Source: Torpedo marmorata (Eukaryota). From it: a DNA stretch of 64,000 nt. The stretch's first letter is position 1. Each line of letters begins with the position of its first letter. The translations under genes were made by a program, and so were the position numbers. Location of the stretch: the NCBI GenBank assembly GCA_977017645.1, contig OZ360223.1, positions 29,760,001 to 29,824,000 of the forward strand, read 5' to 3'. The notes under the pieces are model-generated. The model saw nothing but the letters and a program-made list of their open reading frames with translations. It was not told the DNA's origin and did not search any database. This document shows, piece after piece, positions 55,201-61,200 of this stretch.

Positions 55201-58200
55201 CTGTGACATCACAGGCACCAAACTTCACTCCATCGAGGACATCTACATGAGACGGTGTCTTAAAAAAGCAGCCTCTATCCTCAAAGACCCCCACCACCCA
55301 GGCCATGCCCTCTTCACTCTGCTTCCATCGGGAAAAAGGTACAGGAGCCTAAAGACGATCACTCAACGGCACAAGGACAGCTTCTTCCCCGCTGCCATCA
55401 GATTCCTGAATAATCAATGAACCAAAGACACTACCTTACTTTTCGTGCACTATTGTTTATAATCTTTTATAGTAATGTCGTTAGATGGTTATAATATGAA
55501 TGTTAATTGCACTGTGATGCTGCCGCAAAACACCGAATTTCATGACTTGTTCATGACAATAAAATTCTGATTCTGATATTTGACACTGGATGAGTATTTT
55601 AAAATGCACTACAAAATGATCAAGTCACATTGCACTCTGCATCACATTTAAAAATAATGCTCAACACAAGCCTTCAAAGTTTTCAGTCATGAATCCAATT
55701 GAAGTAGTTTAAAAGTCAGAATGGTGATTGGAAAGTTAAAAAAAATAGATATTGCATCTTGATGTAAATCAATCCCATGCCTCCAAAATGTATCTGCTGT
55801 CTGCACGACATGCAGCAAGAGAATACTTAATTTGTGCATGCTTATATTTAAGCATCTCCATTTGGAACAAAGTAGAAGCACTCAAATTTCTAAAAGGATA
55901 GCAACAGCAGTGGAGCAGCTTGAGAACTAATTACTCAGAAAATTCTTAATTATTGGAAGTGACTTAATTCCTAACAATTTGCCATAACCAAAACAGAAAA
56001 AAATGTAAAGTAGATTAAAAGATGTTACCAGGAATGTGATGTCCTCCATAGGTAATATTCAAATCATAATTGCCAGGAGTGTAAGGGATGTATTCAACAC
56101 TGCAGCTGCCATCCTTGTTATCCTTGCAAGACATCTTTGCTTCTGAAGGTCCTTCAACAGTTATCCCAAGGCCACCAATACCTGCCCCTCTAGATAACAA
56201 AATTTTCCAGTTACTATCTGATGTTACAATATCAATTCTTAGGAATCTTCTGCTTGGATTAAAATAGAATTAAATAATATAGGAGAAGATTTTAAAGAAG
56301 AAATTATTTATAAATGGGATTCTAAATTAATATCAATAAAAAAGAAAAATTCACCAATTATTAAACATTTGTTAGAAATATGGGGTAAGACGGATAAAGA
56401 AATAGGTGGAAAAGGATTGATTTCTTCAAATACGCCATTATATCAAAATGGACTTATACCATTTACTGTTAATAATCAGTTACTTAAAATTTGGTTTCAA
56501 AAAGGTATTAAGATTAGTGATTGTTTTGAAGCTGGAAAATTTATTACGTTTCAAAGAATGAAAGATAAATTTAATATATTAGATAATACATGTTTAGCTT
56601 ATTATCAAGTTAAAGCTTTTTTGACTGAGAAATTAGGTTATGCTTTGATTTTACCGAGACAAAATGAGTTAGAATTATTAGTTACTAATGGAGATGTCAA
56701 TAAATTCATTTCTCAAATGTATAAATTGTTTCAGAGGAAAATGCCTAAAATAGGATTGCATAAATCAAGATTAAAATGGGAATTAGATTTAAATGTAAAT
56801 ATAGATGAAAATCATTGGAAAGATTTATGTAAGTTAAGTATGACGAAGATTATCAATGTTAGATATAGACTAGTACAATATAATTTTTTTCATCAATTAT
56901 ACTTAACACCTAAAAAACTAAAGAAATGTAATCCGACATTATCAGGCTTATGTTTTAGATGTAATAGAGAGGAAGGTTCTTTTGTTCATTCTACATGGTT
57001 TTGTCCAAAAATTCAAGATTTTTGGCTGAAAGTTAAAAAAATTTTAGATAAAGTATTTAAGATTACGTTTCCAATGGATCCTATGTTATTTTTATTTGGA
57101 GATATTAAAAAATTTAGTATTAAGAAGAAATTAAATATGTATCAAGTAGAATTTTTGCGAATTGCTTTAGCTGTTTCAAAAAAATGCATTGCTATTACTT
57201 GGAAATCTGATTTAGATTTAGGATTAGAAAGATGGCATGCAGAACTTCGTTCGTGTATAACACTTGAAAAAATTACTTATAATTTACGTAATAAATATCT
57301 TTTTTTTTTGAAAATTTGGAGCCCATATATGAGAGCCGTGGGTTTAAGGATTTGAAGATCTCTGGATATCGAATCTGCTGGCATATTTGACCTCCATAAT
57401 AGAATTAGTTTAGAAGGTATTCCCCTTATTCTATTCTTTTCTTTCTTTCTTTTTTCTATTTTACTTTAATTTTTTTAAATTTTTTATTAGATTAGTGGGG
57501 ATGGGGGGGGGGGTTGGGGAGGGGAGGGAGGGTGGGGGGGTGAAAATGTATCACATGTATTTTGATAATTTTATATCTTATCTCATGTATTTTGTGATTT
57601 AAAATTTTAAATAAAATAATTTTTTAAAAAATATCAATTCTTAGTTATAGCAATCTAAACACATTTATTTGTATTCTGAAATGGCAAAGTGAATTATAAT
57701 TTATTGACAAAAGCACATTTTCAATGTTGTCCCATCATTCAATGAAGAATTTCTCTGGCAATTAACAGATAAACTGTGTGTACTCTTTAGTTCCAAAATA
57801 ATGCAATTGCTAAATGACTCCTTATCCTTGCAGGATAACAAAGATTAATTGAAGATGTCAAAAGTTCTAACTAGCTTCAGCTACACCTAGCTCCTCAGTC
57901 AAAATGCAGATTTGAATTGAATAAACAAATAAGAGTCGAGTTGGAAAAAAGAGCCATATACATTACAGTAAAAACACAAATGCTGGAGAAGCTCAGCAGG
58001 TCAAACAGTGTCCTTTATGTAGCAACGATAGAAATACATAACCGACATTTCGGGCAATGAGGGGGAGGAGAGATGGCTGGGTGGGTGTAAAAACTGGAAG
58101 GACAGGGAAGGGGGGGGGGAGGGGAAGGAAAAGGCAAGCAGGTTTAGTGGAAAGCAGAAAAGTCAATGTTAATGCCATCTGGCTGGAGAGTGCCCAGATG

Positions 58201-61200
58201 GAAAATAAGGTGTTGTTCCTCCAATTTGTGGGTGGTCTGGGTGGGATAGTACATAAGGCCATGGACAGACATGAGTGTGGGAGTGTGACTCGGAATTGAA
58301 ATGATTGGCTACTGGGAGGTCGCTGTTGTTGCAACTTGTATGTGCCCAGTTGGTTGTATGTGTGTGTGTACTATGTTCCCATGCGATTTTCCCACGATCG
58401 CCATTAAACTGTGCGCGTTGCTTATTGCCATCCCAACATTTCCCACGATCGCTATTAAATTGTGCGCGTCGTTCCATCGCCGCTACTATTTTCCCACGGC
58501 TGCTGTAAATTGTGTGTGTTTGTTGCCTCTGCCGCCATTCCCCCATGTTTTGCCTTCTGTAAATAAAATCCTTTACGACCAAAGCTGTGTGTCTAGAGTC
58601 CTTGCCTTTGAGACCTACCAAACCGGTTTCCTCACTATTGTAACAACAGGCCTTCACTTGTACATCCAGGGAACTTATTTACTGCATCCGGTGCTCCCTT
58701 TGTGGCTTTCTCTACATGGAGAGACCGGTCGTAGATTGGGAGATCACTTCGCTGAGCACCTCCGCCCGCAACAACAGCAACCTCCCAGTAGCCAATCATT
58801 TCAATTCCGAGTCACACTCCCACACTCACATGTCTGTCCATGGCCTTATGTACTATCCCACCCAGAACACCTTATTTTCCATCTGGACACTCTCCAGCCA
58901 GATGGCATTAACATTGACTTTTCTGCTTTCCACTAAACCTGCTCGCCTTTTCCTTCCCCTCCCCCCTTCCCTGCCCTTCCAGTTTTTCCACCCACCCAGC
59001 CATCCCTCCTCCCCCTCATTGCTGCTGTCCCCTCCCTCTCTCCACCTATCATCTCCTGCCTTTGCCACCCCCCTCACTCTTTTGTTCGGACGCCTGCCGG
59101 CATTTTCTCATACTTTGATGAAGGGCTCAAGCCCGAAACGTCGGTTATGTATTTCTACCTTTGCTACATAAAAGACACTGTTTGACCTGCTGTGCTTCTC
59201 CAGCATTTGTGTTTTTTTACTTCAACCACATTGAACTTAACAGATTTTCGTGATATACTTCATATACATTACAGAAGGGAATCAAGTTTTGTTTTGAAGC
59301 AATGCTATCAAATTTACATTCTGAATAAATGGTAAACTTGCTTCAGAGTCCAATCAAAGACCAGTTGAGAAATACAAGGTTACCTTGTTATTACAGAGAA
59401 TTTATTAGCCTTATTGGTCAAGCCTTCCTGAAGTCCAGGTCCAGTTGCAGAGACGCGCGAGGGGTCACATCCCTCTGTGACTCCAACCTTGAATGGGCTA
59501 TTAGCAATTGGTGCATCATCATATATTACATCAACAGAATGTATCCCTGTACAAAAAAAGCATTTCACAAACAGCAATAAAAAAGTGCTCAGCGTAGTTT
59601 ACTTGTTTCTGCATTTAACACTGAAATAGGACATTCAACCTAGTGAACGGTGGAGTAACCTCGGTGCTATCATGGCAAGTCCTCTACCTCAATACCATGT
59701 TCCTGCTCTCTGCTTCAAGCCTTTGATGCAATGTGCCTAGAAATCTTAAGTAACTTTCAACATGGCCTCTACTGCCTCTGGTTCCAGATTCACCACCCTC
59801 TGATGAAATGTTTCATCTCACGTCTGTCTTTTCCCAAATCCTGAGACTATGACTCCCCGTTCTTGACACCTATCAGAGGCAAAAATCCTCCCTGGACCAA
59901 ATTTATTAGTTCATCAGGATTACAGCCTCAAAAAGATGTCTATTTTCTAAACTCTAGTGCGTAAAGGACAAGACTACCTCAACTCATCATATCAGTTGTC
60001 ATAGCCTGTTGAACTTTCACTGCACTCCCTCTGTGAGATTATTGCCTTTTATGGGTAAAGATGCCAAAACTGCACAATATTCCAGGCATGGTCCAAGGTA
60101 CTGTATAATTGTCGTACAAACTGCATATTGCTAAACTCAAAACCTTCAACAAAGAGCAACATACCTTTAATTGCTTGCTACACGTGTATGCATGAGTCTT
60201 TGGCATGATGCAAAATTGAAATGTCAACAATTTCCTACCTGCAGTAACAGGACTTGCTTATCTTGTGGCTATTTCAAAATGGTGTACTTCTGCACTGGGC
60301 TAATGAAAAGCTAGCAGAATAAATTGGTCACCTGTCAAGCTGGAAACTACCCACAAGTTGAATATGTCCTCTTAATATAATGGTGATTTAAAATTGTAGT
60401 ATGTATTTCAAGAATATTTACATAAAGTAATTCAATCATTAAATGAAACTCATTAACAAGAACAAAAATGTTATGAGGAGTGACACTATAGGAACAGCAA
60501 GGATTGAGGACAAATCATTCATGCTTTCAACATTAACTCCTGGGCAATTTTCCACCATACCCTTTTCGTACGGAGTGTATTCCACTGCATAAGTCCCATT
60601 CCCATTATCCTTAATTAGACAATCAGTGCGAGCTCCTGAAGGATTTGTGATGTTTGTTTTGATGTGGTTCCCGCCAACCTTGGTCAATGAACTTGCATCA
60701 ACTGTAAAGTCTGTTGTGGCATCACAGAAAACTCCTACAAAAATAAAGCAAACCAATAATGCAATTGCACATAATAGCAAGTTGCAACTCAGGAAATTTC
60801 AACATTTTCAGTTTTCATCAAGTTTGACAATCTTGAATGAGCAATATTGATTACTTGGAAACCACCTAGCTTTCCTCGACCACCCTTTTCCAGAAAGCAA
60901 TGTGTACTCAATCCAACAATCCCCAGAATTCAAGATGATCAGTAGGGTGGGGGGGGGGGGGGGGGAGAGACCAATGCGCAGGACAATACATTAGAAAGGC
61001 TGCTTCACCAATGGAGAATTACCAGGATATTACAGGAACTGCTCCAAAAGTCACAAGAAACTCCATCCTCCCATTGGGAAGAAAATTCACAAAAGGAGAT
61101 CACGCACCACTTGATTCAAGAATAGTTTCATAGCTATCGGATTCCTGAACAAACATCAAATTTATAATAATGTTGTCCATGTTCCATTCCAACCAATGCC

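Noticed and set aside
54311-55420. 369-aa reverse transcriptase ORF as a domesticated gene or prokaryotic RT system
   Set aside because: It is a 5'-truncated, frameshifted copy of a multi-copy Rex1/Babar LINE with a typical tail.
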